Shown one piece after another: positions 1 to 12,780 of a DNA stretch of 64,000 nucleotides. Numbering within the stretch: position 1 is the first letter of the stretch; every line of letters starts with the position of its first letter. The notes beneath the pieces were generated by a model. That model ran no database searches. It saw nothing but the letters and a program-made list of their open reading frames with translations, and was not told where the DNA came from. A program made the translations under genes and the position numbers. This DNA comes from Octopus vulgaris (Eukaryota): positions 53,134,001 through 53,198,000 of the forward strand of contig OX597827.1 of NCBI GenBank assembly GCA_951406725.2. Reading direction: 5' to 3'.

Positions 1-2328
1 GAATGCACAAAAAGCTGGCTGAAAACTTTAACAACGTACTAGCAGAGCCAGAGACAATGCCTGAATGGCTCACGAAGGGGAAAACCATCTTAATTCCCAA
101 ATCAAATGAAACAGAAAAACCAGAAAACTACAGACCAATAACCTGCCTCCCTACTATGTTCAAGACATTTACTGCAGTGATATCACAAAGGCTGAACAAG
201 CACCTGGACGAAAACAAACTGTTCCCAGAAGAGCAGAAAGGATGCCGCAAAGGCTCATATGGCTGTAAAGATCAACTAATGATTAATAAAGCCATAACTG
301 AAGACAGCCACAGAAAGAAGAAAGGCCTCAGTATGGCCTGGATTGACTACAAAAAGGCGTTTGATAGCATCCCCCACACATGGATCCTCGAAACACTAGC
401 CATTAACAAAGTAGCACCAACAATCATAAAATTCATAGAGCACTCTATGAATAAATGGCAAACAGTCCTACACCTCCAAACAAAAGAGGGACTCATGAAA
501 ACCAAAGACATCCCCATTAGAAGAGGAATATTCCAGGGAGATACGCTCTCTCCACTCCTTTTCTGCTCGGCACTGTCACCTCTATCTGATATGCTAAATA
601 GAACTGGATGCGGATATAAATGTTACGGCAAAACGATCAGCCACCTTTTATATATGGATGACCTAACACTATACGCTGCAAATGACAAACAGCTGGAAAC
701 ACTATTAAAGACAGTTCATGGATTTACCAAAGAAATAGATATGAAATTTGGATTAGAAAAATGCGCCAAAGTAACCATGAAAAGAGGAAAACTAGTTAAG
801 AGTAACAACATCACACTAGATGAAGCAAATGAAATAAAAGAATTAGACCAAAGCCAAACTTACAAATACTTAGGAATCCATGAACTAGATAAGACACAAC
901 ACACACAAATGAAAGAGAAAATAAAAAAGAATATTATAGACGAGTTAGATCAATACTAAACACAGAGCTCAATGCTAAAAACAAGATAATAGGTATCAAC
1001 ACTTTAGCTGTCCCAGTTATAAGTTACAGCTACAATATCCTTAACTGGACACGAAATGAACTGACCAAAATAGACAGGAAAACAAGAAAAATAATGACAG
1101 GATCTAGGATGCATCACCCAAAATCTGACATAGAAAGACTATATATACAACGTATAGAAGGTGGTAGAGGCCTTATACGGCTGGAAAACTACTATAAAAT
1201 AACCACCATAGGACTGCAAAAATATCTACTTCAGAAGGAAGGAAAACTGATCCAGATAGCGGCAAAACACGAGCAAAACAAAAAACTGTTCTCAGTATTT
1301 AAGGAAGCTGACAAATACAAACAAGAAATCATACCACCTAATAAACATGAAGAAGAAGAAGAAGATGAAGAAACAACAAAAGCTATAAAAAAAATGAAAT
1401 CCAAACTAAAAATAGAACAGCAACGAACCATGATAAAACGATGGCAAGAAAAGCCCCTTCATGGTAAATACTGGACTAAACTAAACGCAAAAGAAATAGA
1501 CAAAGAAAAATCCCAGCAATGGTTGAGAAGCTCAGGACTCAAAGCAGAAACAGAGGGATTTTTAATTGCAGCACAAGACCAAAGCCTCCCCACCAGAAAT
1601 TACCAAAAACATGTAATGAAAAGAAATATTACAAGTAACTGCAGAATATGTGGAGATGGACAAGAAACAATAAATCATATTATCTCTAGCTGCCCAGTCC
1701 TGGCTAAGAAGGAATATATTCACAGACATGACAGAGTTGGAACTTACATACATTGGAAGCTATGCCAACATTATGGAATAACAACAGAAAAAAGATGGTA
1801 TAGGCACACACCAGAAAAGGTCACAGAAAACGAGAAAGCAACCATACTCTGGGATATGCTGATACACACAGATAGAGAAATTAAGGCCAACAGACCAGAT
1901 ATAGTTGTCAGAGACCATGAAGAAAAAAATGCTTTCTAATTGATGTATCAGTACCGGCAGATGACAACGTGTCTCTAAAAGAAATGGAGAAACTCTCAAA
2001 ATACAAAGACCTGGAAATAGAGGTAACTAGAATGTGGAATCTGAAAACAGAAACAATTCCTATCATAGTAGGTGCATTAGGCATGATAAAAAAATATTCA
2101 GACAAATACATAACAAAAACACCAGGACTTACAAACACATATAACATACAGAAAATTGCACTACTAGGCACTGCACACATCCTACGCAGAACACTTTCCA
2201 TACAATAACCATCAGAGCATCACAACAAATCACAGCACATACCCAAGGCACACAGAGCTGCGCTCGGTAGTGAAGTGAAAGCACGCTATAAAAATAAAAA
2301 TAAAACTACTGAATAATAATAATAATAA
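1..2328 (+). mobile_element. R4/Dong-type non-LTR retrotransposon (RT + CCHC + restriction-like endonuclease), 5' part outside the window, nearly intact
   Basis: ORFs 3-959, 1094-1939 and 1969-2208 join by two single-base frameshifts in A-runs (about 923-928 and 1923-1929). Motifs: NYRPITCL, WIDYKKAFDS, GIFQGDTLSP, YMDD (651-662), CRICG..HIISSC, HRHD, RPDIVV..LIDVSVP. A short 3' UTR is followed by (TAA)n at 2312-2328. Confidence 0.92.
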
Positions 2329-2329
2329 A

Positions 2330-2523
2330 TGGTTTCTTATTTAGGTATTAGGCCAGTAATTATGAGTGGGGTGAGTAACTTTTAACATTAATCCCAGTAC
2401 TTGATAGGTACTTTATTGACTGGGAAAGGAAAAATGACAAACTCGACCTTGGTGGAATTTGAACTCAGATCATAAAATCAGAAAACAAGGTGCTGTACTA
2501 ACAATTCTGTCAGCTTGCTGACT
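2330..2523 (-). mobile_element. Degenerate tRNA-derived SINE (family B)
   Basis: Reverse complement has a B-box-like GAGTTCAAATTCC followed by a degenerate version of the central block seen at 21293-21520. Flanked by TAA repeats. Confidence 0.6.
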
Positions 2524-2552
2524 TAATAATAATAATGATAATAATAATAATG

Positions 2553-2634
<82 letters not shown>

Positions 2635-2636
<2 letters not shown>

Positions 2637-3075
2637 TGATCACAATACCCTGTGATCACAATATAGTGGCGAAAGAATTTGACAAGATTAGTAAATATAA
2701 AGACCTGCCAATAGAAATTGAAAAAATGTGGCATTTCAAGGCGACTACAGTACCAGTGATTGTAGGATCTCTAGGAATGATAAAAAAAGGTACTGAAACC
2801 TATTTGAAAATGATTCCAGGCTTACCATCCCTACAGGAAGTGCAAAAAATCGTATTAACTGGAACGGCTCATGTACTGAGAAGAGCACGATCGCTGTGAA
2901 AATAACATCCATCTATGAATTTATTTATTTATTCATTTTTAAATACATATTTTATCTGTGAATTTGCACGTGTAATCTGGGAATGCATACAATGCCCTTC
3001 TCTGCCCTAGGTGTATGGAAAACACTCGGCAAGAAACGGAAGAAAATTTGAAGAAAGAAGGAAAAAAAACATAAT
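2635..3075 (+). mobile_element. 5'-truncated R4/Dong-type LINE (endonuclease C-terminus + 3' UTR)
   Basis: ORF 2636-2899 (IPCDHNIVAKEFDKISKYKDL..VPVIVGSLGMIKKG) closely matches the C-terminus of the element at 43.8-47.8 kb, and the 3' UTRs also match. Directly preceded by (TAA)n at 2524-2634. Confidence 0.88.
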
Positions 3076-3092
3076 TATTATTATTATTATTA

Positions 3093-3178
<86 letters not shown>

Positions 3179-3181
3179 GTT

Positions 3182-3333
3182 CAGGTCACTGCTTGGAATC
3201 GAACTCGGAATCTTGGGGTTAGTAGCCCGCGCTCTTAACCACTACGCCATATGCCCGTGGGCATATGGCGTAGTGGTTAAGAGCGCGGGCTACTAACCCC
3301 AAGATTCCGAGTTCGATTCCAAGCAGTGACCTG
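3182..3333. repeat. Perfect palindrome of two head-to-head tRNA-like units (75-bp arms, 2-nt loop)
   Basis: 3182-3256 is the exact reverse complement of 3259-3333, with loop GT. Each arm has A-box TGGCGTAGTGG and B-box GAGTTCGATTCC. Acceptor and D stems pair poorly. Flanks are (TTA)n on the left and (CAA)n(TAA)n on the right. Confidence 0.95.
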
Positions 3334-3375
3334 CACAACAACAACAACAACAATGATAATAATAATAATAATAAT

Positions 3376-3991
3376 CAAGCGGAGATAAAATTGGGGAAGT
3401 GAGATGGTGGAGAGGCCACTAGCATTTTGGAACACTGTCATATTCTCTGATGAATCCAGATTTGCACTATTTCCTGACAGTGGTCTGGAGACTGAATTTG
3501 ATGTGAAAACATTGCAGCCAACAATGAAACACGGTAGCTATTCAGTGATGGTCTGGAGAGCAATTTGGAACAATAGTTGACAGAGCTGGTGGAATGTGAG
3601 GGAAACATAAACTCAGATAAATATGAGTTAGTATTGCAGAAAGGATTCCTTCCAATCTTCTTCAGTAGTGAAATAATTAATGACGATTCTTTATTTATGG
3701 AAGATGGGGCTCCTTGACACACGGCTAAAATGACCCAAGATTAGTTGGATGAGAATGACATTAAAACGCTTCCCTGGCCAAGCCAGTCACGTTATGGAAC
3801 ACCTCTGGGGCATAATGAACAGGACACTTCATAAAAAGAACAAGACAGCATCCTCGAAACCAGATCTTTTGAGATTATCACAGGAAACTTGGCAAGAAAT
3901 TCCGCAAGAGAATATTCGTCATCGCATCAGTAACATGCCTGATAAGGTCTTTGCATTGAAAAATGCAAAGGGCATGTCTACTAAATATTAA
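3376..3991 (+). mobile_element. Tc1-like transposase relic
   Basis: Manual translation gives KRR*NWGSEMVERPLAFWNTVIFSDESRF, then FMEDGAP*HT, and MEHLWG..QETWQEIP..KNAKGMSTKY in ORF 3749-3991. Contains stops and frameshifts. Confidence 0.8.
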
Positions 3992-4423
3992 ATATTCACA
4001 TTATAACAATTAATAAATAATTTGAATGCATAATTTCAGATTTAAATAGATTTTAATGATTATAAGGGTATCTACTTCTGTCATGTCTGTATATATATAC
4101 TTAAATATAGACACATACTATATAAATAAATACTTAGAGAAATACATACATAAATACATATGCACAATACAAATAAATGTACGAAGAGGAATATATACAC
4201 ACACGTATCTTTAGGGATATACACAGAGATTTGGTTTGCAAGATTATTTAAGTGAGTTCGTGTGTTGAAGCATATTTTATTGTGTCTCGGGAGAGTCATT
4301 GTCTTTTAGTGCCTTATTATTTAACAAACTCACCAGTAAAGTTTCCACGCATTTACTTATTTATTTCTTCTAAAATTTTCGTTGCGTCTTGCAACCTTGT
4401 CAATAGTCGTTGACACAACAATA

Positions 4424-4497
<74 letters not shown>

Positions 4498-4579
4498 ATA
4501 AATATTAGGGAATAAATCCAAATTTACAGGGAAAAAAATCAGATTTAGGATTAAATCCAATTATAGTAAAATATTATAT

Positions 4580-4649
4580 AATATTAATTAGAGACAAAAC
4601 CACTATTTTGCAAAAGTTTTGCAAAATAGTGGTTTTGTCTCTAATTAAT

Positions 4650-4652
<3 letters not shown>
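4580..4652. repeat. Perfect fold-back (36-bp arms, 1-nt loop) next to (TA)n
   Basis: AATATTAATTAGAGACAAAACCACTATTTTGCAAAA, then G, then the exact reverse complement. Confidence 0.93.
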
Positions 4653-4747
<95 letters not shown>

Positions 4748-4748
<1 letters not shown>

Positions 4749-4899
4749 ACTGTGTGGTAAGACGCTTGCTTCCCAACCACACGGTTCCGGGTTCAGTCCC
4801 ACTGCGTGTCACCTTGGGCAAGTGTCTTCTACTACAGCCTCGGGCCGGACCAAAGTCTTGTGTGTGGATTTGGTGGATGGAAACTGAAAGAAGCCCGTC

Positions 4900-4985
<86 letters not shown>

Positions 4986-5240
4986 AGGTCAAGTTGATAT
5001 CAGTCCTAGTACAACTGTCAGATAACACCACAAACTTGGTTACTATGGCGGAGCAGCAAGGACGAAGCTACTTCTTCGACCAACCAACATCAAGCGAAGA
5101 AAAGATTGGGCTAGTGAGATGGTGGAGAGGCCACCGGCATGTTGGAGGCCACGTTGATGTTGGTGTGTTTACGTCCCCGTAACCTAGCGGTTCGGCAAAA
5201 GAAGTCGATACAATAAGTATTAGGCTTACAAAGAATAAAA

Positions 5241-5245
<5 letters not shown>
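4748..5245 (+). mobile_element. tRNA-derived SINE (family A) with an internal Tc1 fragment
   Basis: Head TGTGTGGTAAG..GGTTCAGTCCC..CCTTGGGCAAGTGTCTT, internal (TA)n(TG)n, a foreign insert at about 4985-5150, then SINE body TGGTGTGTTTACGTCCCCGT..CTTACAAAGAATAA. Confidence 0.85.
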
Positions 5246-5296
<51 letters not shown>

Positions 5297-5337
5297 TTTT
5301 ATTCTTTGTAAGCCTAATACTTATTGTATCGACTTCT
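5200..5337. repeat. Palindrome: SINE 3' segment, (TA)n, inverted copy
   Basis: AGAAGTCGATACAATAAGTATTAGGCTTACAAAGAATAAAAGAA is mirrored exactly after a self-complementary (TA)n spacer. Confidence 0.92.
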
Positions 5338-5349
5338 ATATATATATAA

Positions 5350-5560
5350 TTAATCCAAACATGAAAACACAAAGAGAAAACACAACAAGGGGAGGACGTG
5401 GAACAAGTATAGTGTTATTAGACGCCCAGGAAAGGAAAGAATGAAAGAGGATTTAACGTTCCGAGCGGAGCTCTTCGTCAGAAATATAGGAAAAGGAAAG
5501 ATCTAAGGAAGGGAAGACGGAGGAAAAAAAATCGCCAACGATTCACACGCGGTCACCCCC
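5350..5560 (-). mobile_element. Probable Penelope-like 3'/pLTR relic with a degenerate minimal hammerhead motif
   Basis: Minus strand 5452-5484 reads CTGACGA-A-GAGC-TCC-GCTC-GGAA-CGTTA, which is CUGANGA plus stem II plus a GAAA box with one substitution. Lies next to TA repeats. Confidence 0.5.
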
Positions 5561-5865
5561 CACCACATATATATAAACACACATATGCATTACTGCATAG
5601 ATACTCTCCCATATTGATAGTAGAACCATTCTTAGGTATATAGTCCATCGTTCAAATAGTCTTTATCAGTAGCCTGCTAAACACTATTCTAAAAGTTTCA
5701 ATTAAACTTTGTAGAAGAAACAGCAACTGCGTAGAACTGAGGCATTTCCTTACTTCTAAGATATAGTTTTGGCAATGTTTGGTCTACGAGAAGACATAGC
5801 TGAAACGAAATCGTAGTCATTGGAACAGTGTTTTCTCTAAAATTATTTTATAGCAAGGTTATATA

Positions 5866-7143
5866 CGAGGGACGTTCAATAAGTAATGCCTCTGACCCAC
5901 TTGCAGTTGTTTGATCTTGCATGTACAATCATTTATATCTCTATAGAGTAAGTGGCAAATTACAGCTCTGAATTAATTGTGGTTTCTGATTTACAGGTGT
6001 TTGAATCGAGTCAAGTGTGAAATGGAGCCTGTTGAGTGTCGAGCAGTGATCCGGTTTTTGTATTTGAAAGGACGCATACCACGGGAGACTTTTGATGAAA
6101 TGAAAGTAACTTATGGTGATGATGCCTCATCATATGACCTTGTAAAACGCTGGCATCGTGAATTCAAACATGGTCGGAACTCTGTGGAAACAGCTCCCAG
6201 ATCTGGTCGCCCCTTCTGCCATTGATGAGGCATCTGTCCGTCAAGTTGAGGCTGCCATTTTGGAAGATCGACGCATAACTATTCGCCAAATAGCCCATGA
6301 GGTCAAGATTAGTACCGGGTCTGTGGAAACTATCATTCATGACCATTTGCATATGCAAAAGGTGTCTGCCAGATGGATTCCCAGGTTGCTCACGCCTTTC
6401 CAGAAGCAAAAACGCGTCGAGTGCTCGAGGGTGAATTTGGAGATGTGCCAAGAAGATGAGTCAAAATTTTTCAAAAGACTGATTACACAGGATGAAACCT
6501 GGGTCCATCACGAGGATCCAGAGACCAAAGCCCAGTCAATGCAGTGGAAGCACCGTGACTCACCCCTCCAAAGAAGGCAAGGGTGTAACCCTCCGCTGGC
6601 AAGGTCATGCTCACAGTCTTCTGGGACCAGGACGGAGTAGTGATGACAGATTTCCTGGCAAAGGGTACCACAATTGCAGGAGCCTATTATGCTTCACTTT
6701 TGAGGAAATTAAGAGAAGTTATCAAAATCAAGAGGCGGGGCAAGATCAGCAAAGGCATCCTCCTCCTGCAGGACAACGCTCCGGTCCACAACTCGCTTGT
6801 CGCCAGATCAGAAGCACAGGCGTATGGCTATGAACTCCTCTCCCATCCCCCTACTTTCCTGACCTTGCACCCTCTGATTTTCACCTCTTCCCAGTCATGA
6901 AGTTGTTTTTGAAAGGAAAGCGTTTCCCAGATGATGCAGCCTTGATTTCTGAAGTCGCGTTCAGGTTGGAGGACCAAGCTGGGGTCTTCTATAAAAACGG
7001 TCTCCAGAGCTGCATCAAACAATGGGAGAAATGCGTAACTCTGGGTGGTTCCTATGTAGAAAAAGACTAATAACTGTGCCAAGTTTCGTTGCTCTACTGC
7101 TATGGGAAGTGGGTCAGGGGCATTACTTATTGAACGCCCCTCG
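5866..7143 (+). mobile_element. Full-length mariner transposon (probably irritans-like), transposase frameshifted
   Basis: TIRs of about 37 bp (CGAGGGACGTTCAATAAGTAATGCC..., 2 mismatches), TA on both sides (5864-65 and 7144-45), length 1278 bp. Transposase relic 6022-7070 has WIPRLL, TQDETWV, LQDNAPVH and PDLAPSDFHLF, with about three frameshifts. Confidence 0.95.
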
Positions 7144-8237
7144 TACATGCATACATACATACATTATTGTTATATTCCTTCATATATAAAACTTACAAAG
7201 CTTTATTTTCCCATGTGCATCGTAATTTAGACGTAAATGAAGGGAAATAATTACAATAGCAACGGAATTCAAGTCACAGCCTTGAATTTTTGGGAGACAA
7301 TCGATGCTATTTTGGACATACTGTCATAATATGGGAAAATGATTGAGCTTAAAAAGTGGAATAATGAATGCCGGAATGTGGTAGTTGAAGGGAAGATTGG
7401 CATTCTATCGCTAACTTCTGACATGCGAGAGAAATTTGAATAGCAATCAAGAAAAAATACTCATTCATTTTGTTTTGCCCAAGCTAGAATCGTTGCCTAA
7501 GGGGATAAACTCCCAATTAAACGAAATGCCTCTTAAAGGGGCTGTACTCTTACATTCTTCGGGAAGGCCCTTTTCGCTATCATTTTGTTTTTATCCTCCA
7601 ATCTTCAACAACTTTAGCGCAATCATCGCGGCAGCATAACAGAAAGAGAAGAAAAAACCGACGGACATGTCTGCCATATACAACCATGTACCGATATATA
7701 TCGAAAATATTTCACAATTCCGCGGCTGATGAAAAAATAAAAAAGTGCTTTGACCAAGGTGGACTGAGTGCTCAAAGATTTTGTAGGCAGATACATATTC
7801 TTTAAATAGTATAATCACCAAAATGAATTACTCTAGGTTACAGATAAAAAAAGCGCCTATGATCAAATAATTGGGGGCGTTTGGATCGAGACGAATAATT
7901 TTTCTTGATGTTTCTAACTGAATTAGTAAAACGTTGTTTTCTTCTTTTTTTGATAAAATGTTCATTCATTCAAGTAGATTGCTTTTATAGTAATTTTCTT
8001 TGGAATTACTGCACTTTTACTCACAGGTAGCAAGATTGTTCATTCTGTTTTTAAGTTACAAGTCAACTTTGTATATAATATCAGTCCTGTTTGCTGTATT
8101 AGTCAATTCCTTGACATGTTGGTTCACACATAGCACAACATAAAATATATACACAAGAGTAATTATGTACAAAAAACTATGTGAAAAAGTGTTATTCAAG
8201 CTTAATGTAAAGTGTCTCTACATATTCGATACACATG

Positions 8238-8374
<137 letters not shown>

Positions 8375-8654
8375 GATATGTATATATGTATACATACATA
8401 TATATATAAAAGTAATATATATATATTATATATATTATATATATATTATATATATATTATATATATTTATATGTATATATATTATATATATATATAATAT
8501 ATATATATATATAATATATATAATATATATATAAATTATATATTATATATATTATATATATATTATATATAATATATATATATATTATATATATTATATA
8601 TATATATTATATATATGTATTATATATATATATTATATTATATATATATTTATA

Positions 8655-8686
<32 letters not shown>

Positions 8687-8750
8687 GTATAATATATATA
8701 TATATTATATACATATATTATATATTGTATATATATATATATATTATATA

Positions 8751-8813
<63 letters not shown>

Positions 8814-8829
8814 TATATATTTATATATA

Positions 8830-9192
8830 TTTTACTCTTTTACTCTTTTACTTGTTTCAGTCATTTGACTGCGGCCATGCTGGAGCACCGCCTTTAGTCG
8901 AGGAAATCGACCCCGGGACTTATTCTTTGTAAGCCCAGTACTTATTCTATCGGTCTCTTTTTGCCGAACCGCTAAGTGACGGGGGATGTAAACACACCAG
9001 TACACAAACACACACTCATATATATATATATATATACATATATACGACAGGCTTCTTTCAGTTTCCGTCTACCAAATCCACTGACAAGGCATTGGTCGGC
9101 CCGGCGCTATAGCAGAAGACACTTGCCCAAGATGCCACGCAGTGGGACTGAACCCGGAACCATGTGGTTGGTTAGCAAGCTACTTACCACAC
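8830..9192 (-). mobile_element. tRNA-derived SINE (family A)
   Basis: Reverse complement reads TGTGTGGTAAGTAGC..GGTTCAGTCCC..CTTGGGCAAGTGTCTT, with tail GGCGGTGCTCCAGCATGGCCGCAGTCAAATGACTGAAACAAGTAAAAGAG. Confidence 0.88.
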
Positions 9193-9458
9193 ATTATATA
9201 ATATACATATAATATATATTTACATATAATATATATTTATATATATATCTGTTTTTAAGTTATATCTGTTTTTAAGTTACCAGTCAACTTTGTATATAAT
9301 ATCAGTCCTGTTTGCTGTATTAGTCAATTCCTTGACATGTTGGTTCACACATAGCACAACATAAAATATATACACAAGAGTAATTATGTACAAAAAACTA
9401 TGTGAAAAAGTGTTATTCAAGCTTAATGTAAAGTGTCTCTACATATTCGACACACATG

Positions 9459-9577
<119 letters not shown>

Positions 9578-10460
9578 TATATATTATATATATATATGAT
9601 ATGTATATATGAAATAACGATTGGCATTCTATCGCTAACTTCTGACATGCGAGAGAAATTTGAATAGCAATCAAGAAAAAATACTCATTCATTTTGTTTT
9701 GCCCAAGCTAGAATCGTTGCCTAAGGGGATAAACTCCCAATTAAACGAAATGCCTCTTAAAGGGGCTGTACTCTTACATTCTTCGGGAAGGCCCTTTTCG
9801 CTATCATTTTGTTTTTATCCTCCAATCTTCAACAACTTTAGCGCAATCATCGCGGCAGCATAACAGAAAAGAAGAAAAAACCGACGGACATGTCTGCCAT
9901 ATACAACCATGTACCGATATATATCGAAAATATTTCACAATTCCGCGGCTGATGAAAAAATAAAAAAGTGCTTTGACCAGGGTGGACTGAGTGCTCAAAG
10001 ATTTTGTAGGCAGATACATATTCTTTAAATAGTATAATCACCAAAATGAATTACTCTAGGTTACAGATAAAAAAAGCGCCTATGATCAAATAATTGGGGG
10101 CGTTTGGATCGAGACGAATAATTTTTCTTGATGTTTCTAACTGAATTAGTAAAACGTTGTTTTCTTCTTTTTTTGATAAAATGTTCATTCATTCAAGTAG
10201 ATTGCTTTTATAGTAATTTTCTTTGGAATTACTGCACTTTTACTCACAGGTAGCAAGATTGTTCATTCTGTTTTTAAGTTACAAGTCAACTTTGTATATA
10301 ATATCAGTCCTGTTTGCTGTATTAGTCAATTCCTTGACATGTTGGTTCACACATAGCACAACATAAAATATATACACAAGAGTAATTATGTACAAAAAAC
10401 TATGTGAAAAAGTGTTATTCAAGCTTAATGTAAAGTGTCTCTACATATTCGATACACATG

Positions 10461-10503
<43 letters not shown>

Positions 10504-10525
10504 TATATATTATATATATTATATG

Positions 10526-10570
<45 letters not shown>

Positions 10571-10695
10571 TATATATTATATATATATATATATGATATG
10601 TATATATGTATACATACATATATATATAAAAGTAATATATATATATTATATATATTATATATATATTATATATATATTATATATATTTATATGTA

Positions 10696-10739
<44 letters not shown>

Positions 10740-10974
10740 TAATATATATATAAATTATATATTATATATATTATATATATATTATATATAATATATATAT
10801 ATATTATATATATTATATATATATATTATATATATGTATTATATATATATATTATATTATATATATATTTATAATATATATATATATACATATATTATAT
10901 ATATATATGTATAATATATATATATATTATATACATATATTATATATTGTATATATATATATATATTATATATA

Positions 10975-11043
<69 letters not shown>

Positions 11044-11059
11044 TATATATTTATATATA

Positions 11060-11421
11060 TTTTACTCTTTTACTCTTTTACTTGTTTCAGTCATTTGACT
11101 GCGGCCATGCTGGAGCACCGCCTTTAGTCGAGGAAATCGACCCCGGGACTTATTCTTTGTAAGCCCAGTACTTATTCTATCGGTCTCTTTTTGCCGAACC
11201 GCTAAGTGACGGGGGATGTAAACACACCAGTACACAAACACACACTCATATATATATATATATACATATATACGACAGGCTTCTTTCAGTTTCCGTCTAC
11301 CAAATCCACTGACAAGGCATTGGTCGGCCCGGCGCTATAGCAGAAGACACTTGCCCAAGATGCCACGCAGTGGGACTGAACCCGGAACCATGTGGTTGGT
11401 TAGCAAGCTACTTACTACACA
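11060..11421 (-). mobile_element. tRNA-derived SINE (family A), tandem-duplicated copy
   Basis: Near-identical to 8830-9192, with the same flanks. Confidence 0.88.
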
Positions 11422-11686
11422 TTATATAATATACATATAATATATATTTACATATAATATATATTTATATATATATCTGTTTTTAAGTTATATCTGTTTT
11501 TAAGTTACCAGTCAACTTTGTATATAATATCAGTCCTGTTTGCTGTATTAGTCAATTCCTTGACATGTTGGTTCACACATAGCACAACATAAAATATATA
11601 CACAAGAGTAATTATGTACAAAAAACTATGTGAAAAAGTGTTATTCAAGCTTAATGTAAAGTGTCTCTACATATTCGACACACATG

Positions 11687-11723
<37 letters not shown>

Positions 11724-11750
11724 TATATATTATATATATTATATGTAATA

Positions 11751-11807
<57 letters not shown>

Positions 11808-12203
11808 TATATATTATATATATATATGATATGTATATATGTATACATACATATATATATAAAAGTAATATATATATATTATATATATATTATATATATA
11901 TTATATATATATTATATATATTTATATGTATATATATTATATATATATATAATATATATATATAATATATATAATATATATATAAATTATATATTATATA
12001 TATTATATATATATTATATATAATATATATATATATTATATATATATATATATATATTATATATATGTATTATATATATATATTATATTATATATATATT
12101 TATAATATATATATATACATATATTATATATATATATGTATAATATATATATATATATTATATACATATATTATATATTGTATATATATATATATATTAT
12201 ATA

Positions 12204-12272
<69 letters not shown>

Positions 12273-12287
12273 TATATATTTATATAT

Positions 12288-12638
12288 ATTTTACTCTTTT
12301 ACTTGTTTCAGTCATTTGACTGCGGCCATGCTGGAGCACCGCCTTTAGTCGAGGAAATCGACCCCGGGACTTATTCTTTGTAAGCCCAGTACTTATTCTA
12401 TCGGTCTCTTTTTGCCGAACTGCTAAGTGACGGGGGATGTAAACACACCAGTACACAAACACACACTCATATATATATATACATATATACGACAGGCTTC
12501 TTTCAGTTTCCGTCTACCAAATCCACTGACAAGGCATTGGTCGGCCCGGCGCTATAGCAGAAGACACTTGCCCAAGATGCCACGCAGTGGGACTGAACCC
12601 GGAACCATGTGGTTGGTTAGCAAGCTACTTACCACACA
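12288..12638 (-). mobile_element. tRNA-derived SINE (family A), tandem-duplicated copy
   Basis: Near-identical to 8830-9192, with the same flanks. Confidence 0.88.
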
Positions 12639-12710
12639 TTATATAATATACATATAATATATATTTACATATAATATATATTTATATATCATATATATAT
12701 AATATATTTA

Positions 12711-12741
<31 letters not shown>

Positions 12742-12780
12742 CATATGTGTATATATATATATATATATATATTATACATA

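Noticed and set aside
3-959. Bacterial retron, group II intron or DGR reverse transcriptase
   Set aside because: The downstream CCHC finger, restriction-like endonuclease, (TAA)n tail and eukaryotic repeat context identify a non-LTR retrotransposon.
3259-3333. Functional tRNA gene (apparent ACT anticodon loop)
   Set aside because: Acceptor, D and T stems pair poorly. Only the promoter boxes are tRNA-like.
8019-8043. Minus-strand start exon ATGAACAATCTTGCTACCT followed by GTGAGT
   Set aside because: The nearest acceptor gives a short frame ending in a stop, and there is no other support.
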